In this document: piece by piece, positions 33,724 to 44,725 of the stretch
Layout of the letters: the number at the start of each line of letters is the position of its first letter
Position numbering within the stretch: position 1 is the stretch's first letter
DNA from: Minutocellus sp. GHC0000111
Taxonomy: Eukaryota
Assembly (NCBI GenBank): GCA_977018835.1
Contig: OZ361258.1
Location: 3,410,001 to 3,474,000, forward strand
Direction of reading: 5' to 3'
DNA: 64,000 nt
Notes under the pieces: model-generated
Databases searched by the model: none
What the model saw: only the letters and a program-made list of their open reading frames with translations
Told to the model about the DNA's origin: nothing
Program-made: the position numbers and the translations under genes

Positions 33724-36036
33724 CGAAGTCCGTTTCGCGAGAAATCGAGCGCAGGGTCGGGACCAAAACAGCTTTACTTTTTGGGCCCGCAACCGCCTGA
33801 ATCTTAGATCTACCGGCATTGAATACATGTACAATGCAAAGTACATGTGTTGCAGCAGCTAGTATCCAGATCTACAATCCAATCTAGTATTATTAAACAC
33901 AATATAACTTAAAAGCACCGCCGCAGGACTAATTATCCATGGTTGGATCAGCAGGAGGAGGAGGAGCGATAATTTTCCCATCTATCCGAACCATGCCATT
34001 TTCAGTCGGCCTGAAATCCTTTCGCACCCCAACATGAATGCCTTCACCGTTTCCAAGAAAATCATTGTTGCCTTTTGCAACGATTACCTTCTTTGCAATT
34101 CTATGAGCCTGGATGCATGCCGATGCGATCTTCCAGTTTTCCAGCCCCATCCAAACTTCCTCCGCTGCATCCCAAGTCTGATCCTCTGTCAAAACCTTCA
34201 GCCCCTCCCGATCGCGGCACAACATTGTATGCTGCTTTGACATGCAAGGGAAAACAGACAGATCAAGAACATTCATATGGGGCATTTGCGGGGCCTGAGG
34301 TTCCCAACGCCATCCCTTGTCCCGACAGCATCCTTCCACATATTCCACAAATTCAGTCTCGGCATGGGGCCCAGCATTGTCGCCCTGGAAAATAGGGACA
34401 TAGCCTTCAAACTTTCCGCCAGGTCCGACCAAAGCCTCAACATCCGGAAATATCTTGTTCTCAAACAAAGCTTTCAGTGGGAACTTGGGATTATCAAGGG
34501 TGCCATGGCTGCATCCAGTCACCGCGCAATCCACAAGGTAAAGATCGTCTTTCTTCCGAACCACCGGGCCGCAATATTTGATTCTACCATCTGCCTGCCG
34601 CACCGCCTCCCTTACCATCTGCCTCGCAATTTTATGCGCCTGAGCCCGAAAAAGTCCAAGCTTGAACGCAATGCCGCCATTCTCAATGCTGTCAATAAAA
34701 GCCAAGGCAGTGACAGCCACCACCATGCACTTGTTGATGTGATTTCGGTGATATGCCGAGAAGGACCGAGGATCAATACCCAATTCTGCAACTTGCTTGG
34801 CATACGATCGAAGAACCAAGCCCCAAAACCACTTCTCATCGAACATAACAAGGAGAAACTTGCCACCGCCGAGCCCCCAATTGTTTCGGAATTTCCGCGC
34901 AAATGCCAAATGTTTCTCCATCTGATGTGTAGTAAGGAGAGGGATGATCCTTTCGGCATAGTACCGGAACCCTTCCCGCGACATTATCCACCGCCGTATT
35001 GCCGAGTAGGAACACCAAAAGTTGACATCCACCTCCAGCTCCCGCCAAGATTCCCGAGGATTTCGTATCAGAGCATCAACAATAACATCTCGAATGTATG
35101 GCTGCATAGCCAGATGAGATCTCCTCTTCATCTCCCACATCGCCTTCTCAGATGCAGGTAGAGCACCATACGCCTTCATCCATCCCGAAAATCGTGCACC
35201 ATGCTCTGCGCTGGACAGCACCGAATAGTCCACCTTTGCCTGCTCCCTGCACTTGGCAATTGCAAAGAGACATGGTGCAGTATACCGCCGGGTCGCCGTT
35301 GCAAGATCGTCGATGACAGAACGGAAGGCGGCCGAATCAGATGAATCATCGGCACTCGTTGGGAAGCAGTATACCGGTCCAAGTATGCCGATCGCGTCAT
35401 CGAAATGCTCAGCTTCGACTTCCGCCCGAGACACAAATGGATTGAACACATACTCACCGCTGTCTTGGCCATCATCATTGACCAGGAGAAAACTCTCAAG
35501 ATTGACGGGCCCGAGGATTTTGAGAAGCACATGCTCCTCAATGTCGTCAGTCGACTCGTCTGCCGGGCGATAAGGGCCGAGAACATGCCCCTCGACATGG
35601 ATGATGTCGTGGCAATAACTGAATCGGTGTACGACAAGGCCGCGGAGATGTTCCACTCCTCAGTTACCTTCATCTACAAGTTCAACGGCGTGAAGCGGGA
35701 GCTAAAGAAGCTCAAGCTCATCCCGGATTGGCTGTGGTGCGAGATCCGGGACGAATGCATCGTACTGCCGATCCGAGGCGAGTATCATGCCATCGTTCAA
35801 GATGAAGACGAGATGGAGGCCGAACCGTCGCGTCGCACGAACGCGTCCATTTGATTAGAGCCGCTGAAATCTAAAGTCTTATCCGAATTATTGTTTCACA
35901 TGAAGATAAATCAAAATTAGAGTAAAAATAGCCATTTTCTAAAAAAATTTCAGCATGACTATTCTTCGAGGCGCTTTTCAATCCCCTCGAAAGCAGTCAA
36001 AAACCGGGCACTCGATTTCTCGCGAATCTGACCTCG
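33724..36036 (-). mobile_element. Tc1/mariner-superfamily DNA transposon, 2313 bp
   Basis: 29-bp TIRs at 33724-33752 and 36008-36036 (25/29 match). TA TSD at 33722-33723 and 36037-36038. Internal DDD transposase ORF. Confidence 0.9.
33929..35656 (-). CDS. Mariner-like DD38D transposase (true start unclear; ORF opens on GTG)
   Basis: MFDEKWFW, FQGDNAGPH and PQAPQMPHMNVLDLSVF resemble the DEKWF / QQDNA.PH / QPPNSPDLNVLDLG motifs of DD39D mariners. 38 residues lie between the 2nd and 3rd Asp. Confidence 0.88.
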   Translation of the reverse strand: MEHLRGLVVHRFSYCHDIIHVEGHVLGPYRPADESTDDIEEHVLLKILGPVNLESFLLVNDDGQDSGEYVFNPFVSRAEVEAEHFDDAIGILGPVYCFPTSADDSSDSAAFRSVIDDLATATRRYTAPCLFAIAKCREQAKVDYSVLSSAEHGARFSGWMKAYGALPASEKAMWEMKRRSHLAMQPYIRDVIVDALIRNPRESWRELEVDVNFWCSYSAIRRWIMSREGFRYYAERIIPLLTTHQMEKHLAFARKFRNNWGLGGGKFLLVMFDEKWFWGLVLRSYAKQVAELGIDPRSFSAYHRNHINKCMVVAVTALAFIDSIENGGIAFKLGLFRAQAHKIARQMVREAVRQADGRIKYCGPVVRKKDDLYLVDCAVTGCSHGTLDNPKFPLKALFENKIFPDVEALVGPGGKFEGYVPIFQGDNAGPHAETEFVEYVEGCCRDKGWRWEPQAPQMPHMNVLDLSVFPCMSKQHTMLCRDREGLKVLTEDQTWDAAEEVWMGLENWKIASACIQAHRIAKKVIVAKGNNDFLGNGEGIHVGVRKDFRPTENGMVRIDGKIIAPPPPADPTMDN

Positions 36037-36833
36037 TACAAGGAGCGAGTCCAAGCAGAAATGTGATGGAAAATGGGGTTTGAGTTTTAGCCGTTGTTTC
36101 AGATTTTTTCTGGCGGCCGAATGCGAAAAGAGCCACACCTGCGCTGCCTGCTGCCCGAAAGAGCCTTGAGAGAGAGCCACGACATAGAATGTTACTGACG
36201 TCATCAGAGAAAACGTATCTAATTGAAAATCAATGGGACAGGGCGGGACAGGACGTAACACAGAAAGGCATTTGTGCTCCGCTGCCGACAACTGGTTACC
36301 AAAAGAGGCTGCTTTTTTCAGCCTGGAGAGACGCGTCACACCAAGCCTGCGTCACACAAAGCCTCTCATGGGCTAGCCCATGAAGCCCTCTCTTGCAATT
36401 TTGCGTCAGTTGACAACAACCATCAGTTGACAACAACCATCCGATCTCGAATCTCCTGCCTGACGCGCTCTCTCACAAACCATCTGCTGGCCACTCATTA
36501 TTCCCTTCCCATTCTCGTCAACATCCAAGTTCCCGCTGGTGTTCACTCTGACATCGTCGCGACCAACCTTCTCCACGCATTCTGCAACACTCGCCACCGG
36601 AATGGAGCGCGCACTAAAGCCTATCTGCTCAAATGTGCGTCATCAGACAACAGACAACAGCCATCCGAATCTCTGTGTGATGTCTCTATTGAATTGCATG
36701 GCCACTCATTTTTGTCCTTCACATTCTCGCTCTCTTACTCTTCGAAACAGACCAAATTTCCAGCCATACCACAAAAGTCTCGTCCCTCTTCCGTAAGTTT
36801 TACCATCAGCCAAGAGCCAAGAGTCCACGAAAC

Positions 36834-37499
36834 ATGTCGCCACGAATCCACGAGGACAGCCCTTCCATTTCAATTTCCGGCACCGATGCCGTAAACACCA
36901 GTAGGCCTACTAGTACTCCTTGCAGGTCTACATTGACACGGCCAAGTTCTACCAGCTCTGGCCGTTCGTGCTGCTCTACTACCAGTACCACAAACCAGGC
37001 ATCAGAACAAGAAGAGCAAGAACCACCGCCGACAAAACGACCATCAGTCCGCTTCGGCACCATCGAAATTCAAGAACATGCCTACGTTCTCGGTGATCAT
37101 CCGAGCGTCAGCGGTGGCGTGCCACTTACCATCGATTGGAACCCACAATCAAGCCTAACCATCGACTTTGAGGTCTACCACAAGGACAAACCACCGCCCA
37201 GAACGTCGTACGAAATGCGCATGGACCATTCGACGAGGATGCGAATACTCCAAAGCAGCGGTTGGAGCCTGTCGCAAATATTCGACGCCGTCCAAGCTGT
37301 CGAGACCGACAAGGCCCTCCGTCGTCAGAGTTATCCCTCCAACTCATGCATGTACTGCGCACCGATCCGGAGCGCCACGAGAGCTGCCCGGCAAAAGCTG
37401 CAAACATCCTTACAGCACATTGGAAATCGCAGTTTCGGGGCCAAGAGTGACTTTACCAGTTCTGTCGCCAAAGGTAGAAGAAGACGATCGAGTGCCTGA
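36834..37499 (+). CDS. Hypothetical protein of the 'LGDNPSVSSGPP' family, paralog 2
   Basis: VRFGTIEIQEHAYVLGDHPSVSGGVPLTIDW...EMRMDHSTRMRILQSSGWSLSQI. Confidence 0.75.
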   Translation: MSPRIHEDSPSISISGTDAVNTSRPTSTPCRSTLTRPSSTSSGRSCCSTTSTTNQASEQEEQEPPPTKRPSVRFGTIEIQEHAYVLGDHPSVSGGVPLTIDWNPQSSLTIDFEVYHKDKPPPRTSYEMRMDHSTRMRILQSSGWSLSQIFDAVQAVETDKALRRQSYPSNSCMYCAPIRSATRAARQKLQTSLQHIGNRSFGAKSDFTSSVAKGRRRRSSA

Positions 37500-37671
37500 C
37501 TGAACTTAAGAGCTATACCGGTACCATTTAAAAGAGGTACAGGTCGTGGGGAGACAATAATAAGCTAGCTAGCGACTAAATAGAGAAGAAATCTGCGACA
37601 TGATTTTAATAGAAAGATGGCAAGACGTAAACCTAAATAAGTAAAGCTAAAAGACGAAATTACATTCACTA

Positions 37672-40600
37672 TTATTCCCCATCACTGTCTACTTCATCAT
37701 CACCACCCACTTGAGAGCACACAGCAAGGTTTGGCCCGGCCGTGTGCTGAATGGCACTGCGTTCGTCTGATATAATATGTTCGATGAGGCTGCAAACGTG
37801 GCGGAGTGTAGGCCGACCATGCGCACAATCCCAAGGAGCATTCACATTCTTCATCTTTCGGACAACGGTCTCCATCTCCTTTTGTGACAAGGCCGTGCCA
37901 ATCATGATGCTACTTCTACAAGCTCTCGACGCAAACATGGCAATGGCCTTGGGGAGTCGTACAATCGAGGGACCGTCAATGGCAGAGGTAGACGACGTCA
38001 TGCCGTGTCTACGAACAGCATTGTTGCCATATAGACCGCTGCCATCTGCGCCAGTTCCCGAGCCTGCGACAAACCCGAGCGAACTTGAGGCTCCATCGGC
38101 TCCAAGAATGGCACAAAGTGCACCTACATCTTCGGCTCCGAATTGGACCGCTCGGTGCCCATCGCCGCCAGATCCACTGTGAGGAAGAGCTGTCAGCGAA
38201 AGCCTGTGGCGGGGTGGTTTGGTCTCGTCGTACTGAAAGCGGAAGCCATTCTTCTCAAAGATGTCCATATTGTCCAGGACGCAGCTTTCCTCTGACGGTG
38301 ATAGTTCCAACGGAAGTGGTGCGATGAGCCTCTGCTCGTGGATGGTAGTGTTCGCGCACAGTCTCTCGAAGTTGAACTTCTCATCGCATGCGTGCTGGTC
38401 CAATATCCAAAGGTTGTTATTCCGACAGCGACATAGGACAAAGCCGAGATTGAACTGTCCAATCACAACCATGCTCTCAAAATCATTGTGGTGAAGTTTG
38501 ATCTGAGTGTCTTTGCCCTTGGCTTTGGTGGCTTTCGTGCGCTTCTTGCTAGCACTATTTGCACTCCCTCCTTGCACATCGCCATCAGCAATACTGCTCT
38601 CTGTAGGCTCTGAATATACATCACCTACTGCCGAATCGTCTCCGTCCTCTCCCTGACGTGAATTCTTTGCATTTTTGATACTTTTCCGGACGGACTCCAT
38701 TCGGAGGCGCGTAGCATATGCCACGTTGACTACGGAGGACGTTCCTCCGAAATGACCCCAACTGACCGGCTCCGCTTGTGAGAGGTTGCTTTGGTGTGAC
38801 GATGTGCCCGACTCTGATGTAGATTCCTGTGTCCTTTGCCGTTTCTTTGGAGACGTTTGGCGCTTGTACTGATCAGGTGTGGTAACTAGTTGAGGTAGAT
38901 CGCCTCCCCTTCGACTGACTGCTGCAGCTGCCGCTGCCCACCCACCCGTACCTACGCCGGTACCAATGGCAGTGGCATTTTGAGTTGCATTTTGGATCAC
39001 TTGCATTGCTGTGGGCGCTGAATCCGATGGCCTGGCGGCCGACGGAGCTACTGTATCTTCCATCGAAGACCCCAATTCAGCAGCGACCGATTCTGCGTCC
39101 TTTTGTGCAGCAGACGTTTCGAGCGTCCGGAAGATGCTGTTCCGGCGCATGGCCGTGCGATGCCGTTTGAACTGCTCCGGACTATGAATCTGACCAATGG
39201 CCTTTGTGAAGTCTCTCCCATCGCTATCGCCAGCATCGTCGTCGGTATCCTTCGCTCGTTCCTGAAAAGAAACCTTGGAAGGAGAGCGCATATTGGCAGC
39301 ATCAGCGCTTGTGCTTGTGTTGTCTACTTTTTCCTCTAGTTCCATCTCTTCATCGTTGCTACTCTCCTCGCTGCTGGATTCTGATGACTTGCTTGTCTCC
39401 TTCGGCGCTCCAAACGCAAATGACTGAAGGTCATCGGCGGCTGCTTTGCGCTTCCTCGTTCTCATCTTCTTTGTTGTTGTCTTCTTTTTAGATGCCGATG
39501 GTTTCGATGCTGGCTCCTCGTCTTCTCTATCAGACTCCTCATTGCGCCGCCGTGATCTCGTGGGAATGGGTCTGTCGGCGTCGGCACCGGTCTCGCCACC
39601 GACACTCGCACCATCGCTTGACATGGCCGAAAGCTTATCAATTTCTTCCATCTGACTCGTCGTATCAGCCCTGTTGAAACGAAGTCTAGTCTGTTCCCAA
39701 TTCCTGCGATCCATGGCCGACACCATCGTCGTGCTCTCTGAAGTAGGTCGAAGAGCTTGAGGGGTACGCGCCTGAACAGATGAAGATGAATCGGCATCGG
39801 CAGAAGTGTTCGGTGCGTCAGATAGACCACTGCCAGACAACTCGGTGTCGGGAGCGCACCCTCCCACCTGCTCGGGATTGTTCACGAAGGCATTGCGGCG
39901 CCTCATCCTCTGCCGAGGTGGAGTGGTAGAGGATGCCAGTGGCGGGGTGACAGAGGATCCCGAGGCTTGTGCCTGTGCATGGGTTTCTGCATCGGTGTCC
40001 TCGGCTACAGCATTCGTCGATGCAGCCGATGAACCCTTTCGCTTCTTGCCAGCCGATGCATTGTTGCTCATGGTTTCCACTTCGTTTCGCACAAAGGTGC
40101 CGTCGGTCTGCTCCGACCATAGCTTGAGCAGTGCCTCTCGGATCAGATCGCAGATCATGGTCTCCTCGTTGAGCAACACTTCTCGCTTGTCCGGCGACAG
40201 ATTGACATCGTACATGTGATTGGGCAGAAAGAGGCTGAGGACGCAGGCCGGACGCTTCCGTGACGATGCCGAATTGCCCGCACCACCACCCTTGCTGCCC
40301 CCGGCGGCGGCATCGGAATTGTACGACCTCCAAACGTCGCCCAGAGAGCGCGATATCTTGGGCAGTTCGACGGGCCGGCCGTTGATGCTGAAGAACTGGA
40401 GGTCCCGGGCCAGCGCCTGGCCGGCCGTGGCGGCGGGTGCCTTGGAGATGAGCCCCTCGATCCGAAAGACTCCCGGTAGGATGGAGTTGGGATCGACCTC
40501 GGCAGCCGCAGCAGCCGCGGCACCTCCGGCAGTGTTGGCAGAAGCGCCGTCCCCATCCGCTGATACCGATGCTGCTGATGCTGATGCTGCCATGGCCTTC

Positions 40601-41520
40601 TTTGCGGTAATCGCCGACTTGACAGCATCGGTAAGGTCGACTCGACATCGGCATAGACCCGATAAGAACTTGGACCCCAGTACCGACGACACGGTATCCT
40701 CAAATCGGATGGACCTCTCGCTTGTCTGCAGGCTGGTCTTGCTGCTGCTGCTGCCACTGTTGCTGCTGTTGTTGTTGTTGTTTTTGCCATTGTTGGTCAC
40801 CTCGACAAGGTTGAACCTCACCCCCAAGCACAGCAACGCATATCCCTGCATCAACTTTATCAACCGTGCCTTCTGCGCCTTGATCCTCCGCTCCATATCG
40901 GACCGTCGCACCGGCAAGGAATTGAACAGCTTGACCACCTGTACGGTCGTCCCAACCTTGCGCGGTGCGGCCACGGCACCCCCCTCTCCACCGCGGCAGT
41001 ACCCGTCCTGCCGATACTCCAATCTTTGCCCCGCCTCCTCCTTCTCGGTGCGGGTGGTCACGATCAAATTCTCCGACAGGTTGGCCAGACAAAACAGGGC
41101 CTCGCCACGGAACCCAAGATGCTGGCCGGAATGCGTGTCGCGGTACAGGTCGTCGAACTCCCGTATCTTGCTGGTGGCGTGCTTCATGGCGACGAGGGGG
41201 CGGCTGCTGCGGGGGATGCCGCTGCCGTCGTCGGACACCTCGATCAGGTCGAGGCCGGAATTGACCAGCTTGATTTGGACGGTGGTGGCACCGGCATCCA
41301 GAGAATTGTCGATGAGTTCCTTGACCGCCGAGGCCAGGTCCGATACTTGGCCGGCCACGATGCGCTCGACGGTGTCCTCGGCGATGGGGACGATGATTCC
41401 ATCGGCCGAATCTAGCAGTTCGTCGTCATCTTCGGAATCCGAAACCGAATCCGAATCCGAGTCGTCGGGTGCAGGTGCTGGCGGTGGCGGCACCGGCGGC
41501 AGGTCGTCGTTCCTCATCAT
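37672..41520 (-). CDS. PMS2: MutL-family mismatch repair endonuclease PMS2 (yeast PMS1 type)
   Basis: VKELIDNSLDAGA, HATSK, GFRGEAL (GHKL ATPase); GQFNLGF, DQHACDEKFNFE, ACRSSIMIG, CAHGRPT (endonuclease C-terminal domain). First ATG at 41520. Confidence 0.95.
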   Translation of the reverse strand: MMRNDDLPPVPPPPAPAPDDSDSDSVSDSEDDDELLDSADGIIVPIAEDTVERIVAGQVSDLASAVKELIDNSLDAGATTVQIKLVNSGLDLIEVSDDGSGIPRSSRPLVAMKHATSKIREFDDLYRDTHSGQHLGFRGEALFCLANLSENLIVTTRTEKEEAGQRLEYRQDGYCRGGEGGAVAAPRKVGTTVQVVKLFNSLPVRRSDMERRIKAQKARLIKLMQGYALLCLGVRFNLVEVTNNGKNNNNNSSNSGSSSSKTSLQTSERSIRFEDTVSSVLGSKFLSGLCRCRVDLTDAVKSAITAKKAMAASASAASVSADGDGASANTAGGAAAAAAAEVDPNSILPGVFRIEGLISKAPAATAGQALARDLQFFSINGRPVELPKISRSLGDVWRSYNSDAAAGGSKGGGAGNSASSRKRPACVLSLFLPNHMYDVNLSPDKREVLLNEETMICDLIREALLKLWSEQTDGTFVRNEVETMSNNASAGKKRKGSSAASTNAVAEDTDAETHAQAQASGSSVTPPLASSTTPPRQRMRRRNAFVNNPEQVGGCAPDTELSGSGLSDAPNTSADADSSSSVQARTPQALRPTSESTTMVSAMDRRNWEQTRLRFNRADTTSQMEEIDKLSAMSSDGASVGGETGADADRPIPTRSRRRNEESDREDEEPASKPSASKKKTTTKKMRTRKRKAAADDLQSFAFGAPKETSKSSESSSEESSNDEEMELEEKVDNTSTSADAANMRSPSKVSFQERAKDTDDDAGDSDGRDFTKAIGQIHSPEQFKRHRTAMRRNSIFRTLETSAAQKDAESVAAELGSSMEDTVAPSAARPSDSAPTAMQVIQNATQNATAIGTGVGTGGWAAAAAAVSRRGGDLPQLVTTPDQYKRQTSPKKRQRTQESTSESGTSSHQSNLSQAEPVSWGHFGGTSSVVNVAYATRLRMESVRKSIKNAKNSRQGEDGDDSAVGDVYSEPTESSIADGDVQGGSANSASKKRTKATKAKGKDTQIKLHHNDFESMVVIGQFNLGFVLCRCRNNNLWILDQHACDEKFNFERLCANTTIHEQRLIAPLPLELSPSEESCVLDNMDIFEKNGFRFQYDETKPPRHRLSLTALPHSGSGGDGHRAVQFGAEDVGALCAILGADGASSSLGFVAGSGTGADGSGLYGNNAVRRHGMTSSTSAIDGPSIVRLPKAIAMFASRACRSSIMIGTALSQKEMETVVRKMKNVNAPWDCAHGRPTLRHVCSLIEHIISDERSAIQHTAGPNLAVCSQVGGDDEVDSDGE

Positions 41521-41986
41521 GGTCCAGCACAAAAATGAGGCGAGTTGCGTTGTGTTTGTGCTGGTTTTAGATGAAAAAGAGAGGGAAATGAAAAGAAGAA
41601 AGGGTGCACTCGATCGAGGCAATGATGACGATGATGATGATGAATGGTGGTCATCATCATCATCATTATGGCACAGCCAGCCGGGCTATTGGGAGCCAAG
41701 CAATAGCTGCAGGTCGGGCTCGGATGATATGCGGGGTGAGAGATCGTCAAACGCAGAGTCATTCATTCATCAGGGTGAAATATCGTCATACACCGGTACG
41801 AAAACCCGGCCAGCCGGCCAAGCAACCAACAGGCAGAGGCAGCAGGGAGCAGGGAGCCGGGATTCGTTATACCGAATGCATATCTACCGCACATGCCGAC
41901 TAAATGCGAATTGTACTGCTCAAAAATAATAAAATTGAACCAAGGCATCAAGGCAGAATTTATTAGAGTATAGGAGTGTGGAGATG

Positions 41987-42886
41987 TCATGTCATCTCCG
42001 CTTTGTTCGCCATCGCAATAGCAGTGTATTTCAAGCCTCCACTCCCCTCCAAGTACCGTGCTTTGCGCTTCTCCCTCTCCCTTCGCTGTTTGCTAAGTTC
42101 AATTTCCCTCTTGGCAAAATATGCGGCCTTGGCAGCTTTGCCCTTTGGCGCGCCCTTTCTCTTCCCACCACTCTCCTCATCATTCTCGAATGCATCTTCC
42201 TCTTCGTCGTCATTGTCGTTGTCGGCTGCATTATCGTCGCCTCCAGATGCTGCTCTCCGCCGCCGATCCCACTCAACCAAACCATTGAGCCTGCCAATGA
42301 CCTCATCTCGCGTTTCGGCATTCTCCACCTTTTTGCCAGCCGCGTTGAGGACATTGAATCGCAATAGCTCTGGACTGCCCTTGGCCTTTCCAACGACGGA
42401 CACCAACGATGGTCCACCGCCGATCATCCCCATGAAGCTCCCGTCTATGGCCTTGATCTGGGCAATCTTTCGGAGCGGTACTGTCTTTCGATGTCGAGTA
42501 TCCAGTTGCAGCACGTTGCCCTGTTCGTCTACCTCTGTGCTTTCTATGCTGGCGTCTGGTTCGGTTTCCACAAAGATGACTGGCCCACTCAGCGTGTCCA
42601 TCACCGTAAGCGTCGCGGGGCCCTTGACAAAGGAAGAAGCGCTGCCATCTCCGCCGCCGCTACCTCCACTACTGCCTCCACCAAACAGACCCGATACGCT
42701 CGACATGGCCGACGACAGGGCGCCTCCGTCACCACTCCCCTCCTTTTCCTTTCGGTGGTTTCGTATCGGAAGACCGGTGCACTGCTGCAGTGCATTGCGA
42801 GTGGCCTCGTCCTCTGGCTTCTCGAGGCACGGGCAACAGAGGCCCAGATACCGGAGACGAAAGACCGGTCCAAGTACCGGTACCAT
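41987..42886 (-). CDS. Hypothetical protein with basic C-terminal coiled coil
   Basis: ATG at 42886, protein-like composition, ends REKRKARYLEGSGGLKYTAIAMANKAEMT. Confidence 0.65.
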   Translation of the reverse strand: MVPVLGPVFRLRYLGLCCPCLEKPEDEATRNALQQCTGLPIRNHRKEKEGSGDGGALSSAMSSVSGLFGGGSSGGSGGGDGSASSFVKGPATLTVMDTLSGPVIFVETEPDASIESTEVDEQGNVLQLDTRHRKTVPLRKIAQIKAIDGSFMGMIGGGPSLVSVVGKAKGSPELLRFNVLNAAGKKVENAETRDEVIGRLNGLVEWDRRRRAASGGDDNAADNDNDDEEEDAFENDEESGGKRKGAPKGKAAKAAYFAKREIELSKQRREREKRKARYLEGSGGLKYTAIAMANKAEMT

Positions 42887-43162
42887 CTTGCGCTTTTGTG
42901 GAGCTGGCAAAGACCGGTCCAATTACCGTAACATCTATCTTGCGCTTTTGTGTCGGTTCTTGCGTTGCTCTCGATGCGTCGTCGTCATTGAGAAACCTCC
43001 GGGTTCCTCGAAGAAAAAGTTTGCAGAATTTCCTAACCCCCCCCCCCCCATCCACCAGCCAATCAATCTGCAAATCAATCAATCTGTATGCAGCAAATCG
43101 ATCGTCTATCTTAGAAGTAGCATTCGTCGAACTTTTCTATCGTCTAGAGTCTAGGTCTACCG

Positions 43163-44341
43163 TCATCTACCATACCGCCCACTCATCTTTTCATTCCCCA
43201 ACAAATGCACCAAGGGCAAGTCAATCCTCTTCGACCACTCGCGCTCGTTATGTCTACCACCTGGGAACTTGCGGTATTCGTACGAAATCTTATTGAAGTC
43301 CAGCGTCGCTCTCATGGCATCAATCGCTGGTTGAAATTGCGAATAAAATAGCCCGGATTCCACTGCGCCTTGGGAGTGATATGATCGAATAAATCAAACA
43401 TTGGAACTCTGACGTTTGCATTGTCGTCATCTCCTCCATTATCAAGATAAAGCCGCTTGCTTTTGAGTAGGTCACCAGACGTTGCAACAGAGGCAATTGT
43501 CGCCGGTTGAAATGCAGGCGAGAGACATGCCGCACCACCAAACATGGTGGGATGTCGAAGAAGCAGATGAAGCGAAGCCTGACCTCCCATCGATGTGCCG
43601 ATCGCCATGGCGCCCTCTGGTTCGGTTACTGTTCGAAATCTATCGTTCACGAGAGGCATCAATCGCTCGGCAATGAAGTCGGCATGATGATCCCCGTGGA
43701 TGCCCTCCCCATATTCCAGATGTCGCCGTCGCATCCCCGGAACAAAGTCCCCATCGGCAGATGGAAGCAGCACCAGTATCGGCAGAGGATCGACGTCGTC
43801 ATATCCCGTATCCAGTGCCCCCCTTTCGGCCAGACGAGTCAAAGCGCCTGCCATTCGCCAGCTGGAGCCCGTCCAACTGTCCGTGTCATTGATTGCGTTT
43901 TGGCCGTCATGTACGTAAATCACTCGGTGTCGCTTCCGTCCCGATGCCTCATATGACGGTGGGAGCCAAACCGAAATGGGCCGGGGTGGCAACAATATCG
44001 ACGTGGCATCTCCGCTGCTGGCCGCTGTCAGATAGGCATTGTCTTCTTCGTTGTATCCGTACGTCTGCTCGGGCGGCAATACCACCAGCGATCCACCGCA
44101 CAGACCATTTGGAAATGGCGGGATAGCCGCCGTCTCCTTGGCTGCTGCTCGAGCGTCGCAGATTTTATCCTCCGTCGTCTCGGACGTGGCACATCTGCCT
44201 TGACACCGTCCTTCGCAAAAAAAGTGACGAAGTACTTATGGAAGAGGAGGTCGGTGGGACGAGGAATCCCTCAGCGGCAGGGAGGGCCAACAAAGATACA
44301 GCACCAACCAGCAGAGCAATGAAGGTGTTTAGTTGTGGCAT
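43163..44341 (-). CDS. Alpha/beta-hydrolase, putative esterase with signal/plastid-type presequence (frameshifts near 44200 and 43347)
   Basis: SVWLPPSY, IYVHDGQN, GTSMGG nucleophile elbow, YLDNG, GGRHNEREW. ATG at 44341 gives MPQLNTFIALLVGAVSLLALPAAEGF. Confidence 0.8.
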
Positions 44342-44725
44342 GGTGGATCTCCTTATTATTGCTGGTACCTTGCGTCGCCTGCCTTCGCTTCGTCACAATG
44401 GGATTGCTGGCACCAAACGACGAGAATGAGCATCTGCATGGACACGACGGCCAGACGAGAGGCAGCGTTGGCTGACTGGCGTTTGCGTGTGGTGATGATG
44501 ATGGCTGGCTTTGCATGGCACCGGTATCTGGTATCGAATTTTCCTTGTGTAAATCTACATGCACCGCGCTTTCTAGCTAGGGTCAACTCTAAATTAGAGG
44601 ATTAATTATCATCGGGCAGGATCCCTCAAGAATCAATGCGAAACTACATGTACCATGGTAGAATCTAGATTCCCCATTCTCCTTCATCTTCACCGCGGTC
44701 GTTGCCATTGCCACTTCAGAAATTT

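Noticed and set aside
37805..37830. PMS2 CAHGRP instead of CPHGRP as a sign of inactivation
   Set aside because: The metal-ligand Cys and His and the DQHA..E motif are intact, so this is probably a tolerated variant.
40220..43154. 569-aa and 392-aa plus-strand ORFs
   Set aside because: Antisense to PMS2 and its neighbour, with low-complexity shadow composition.
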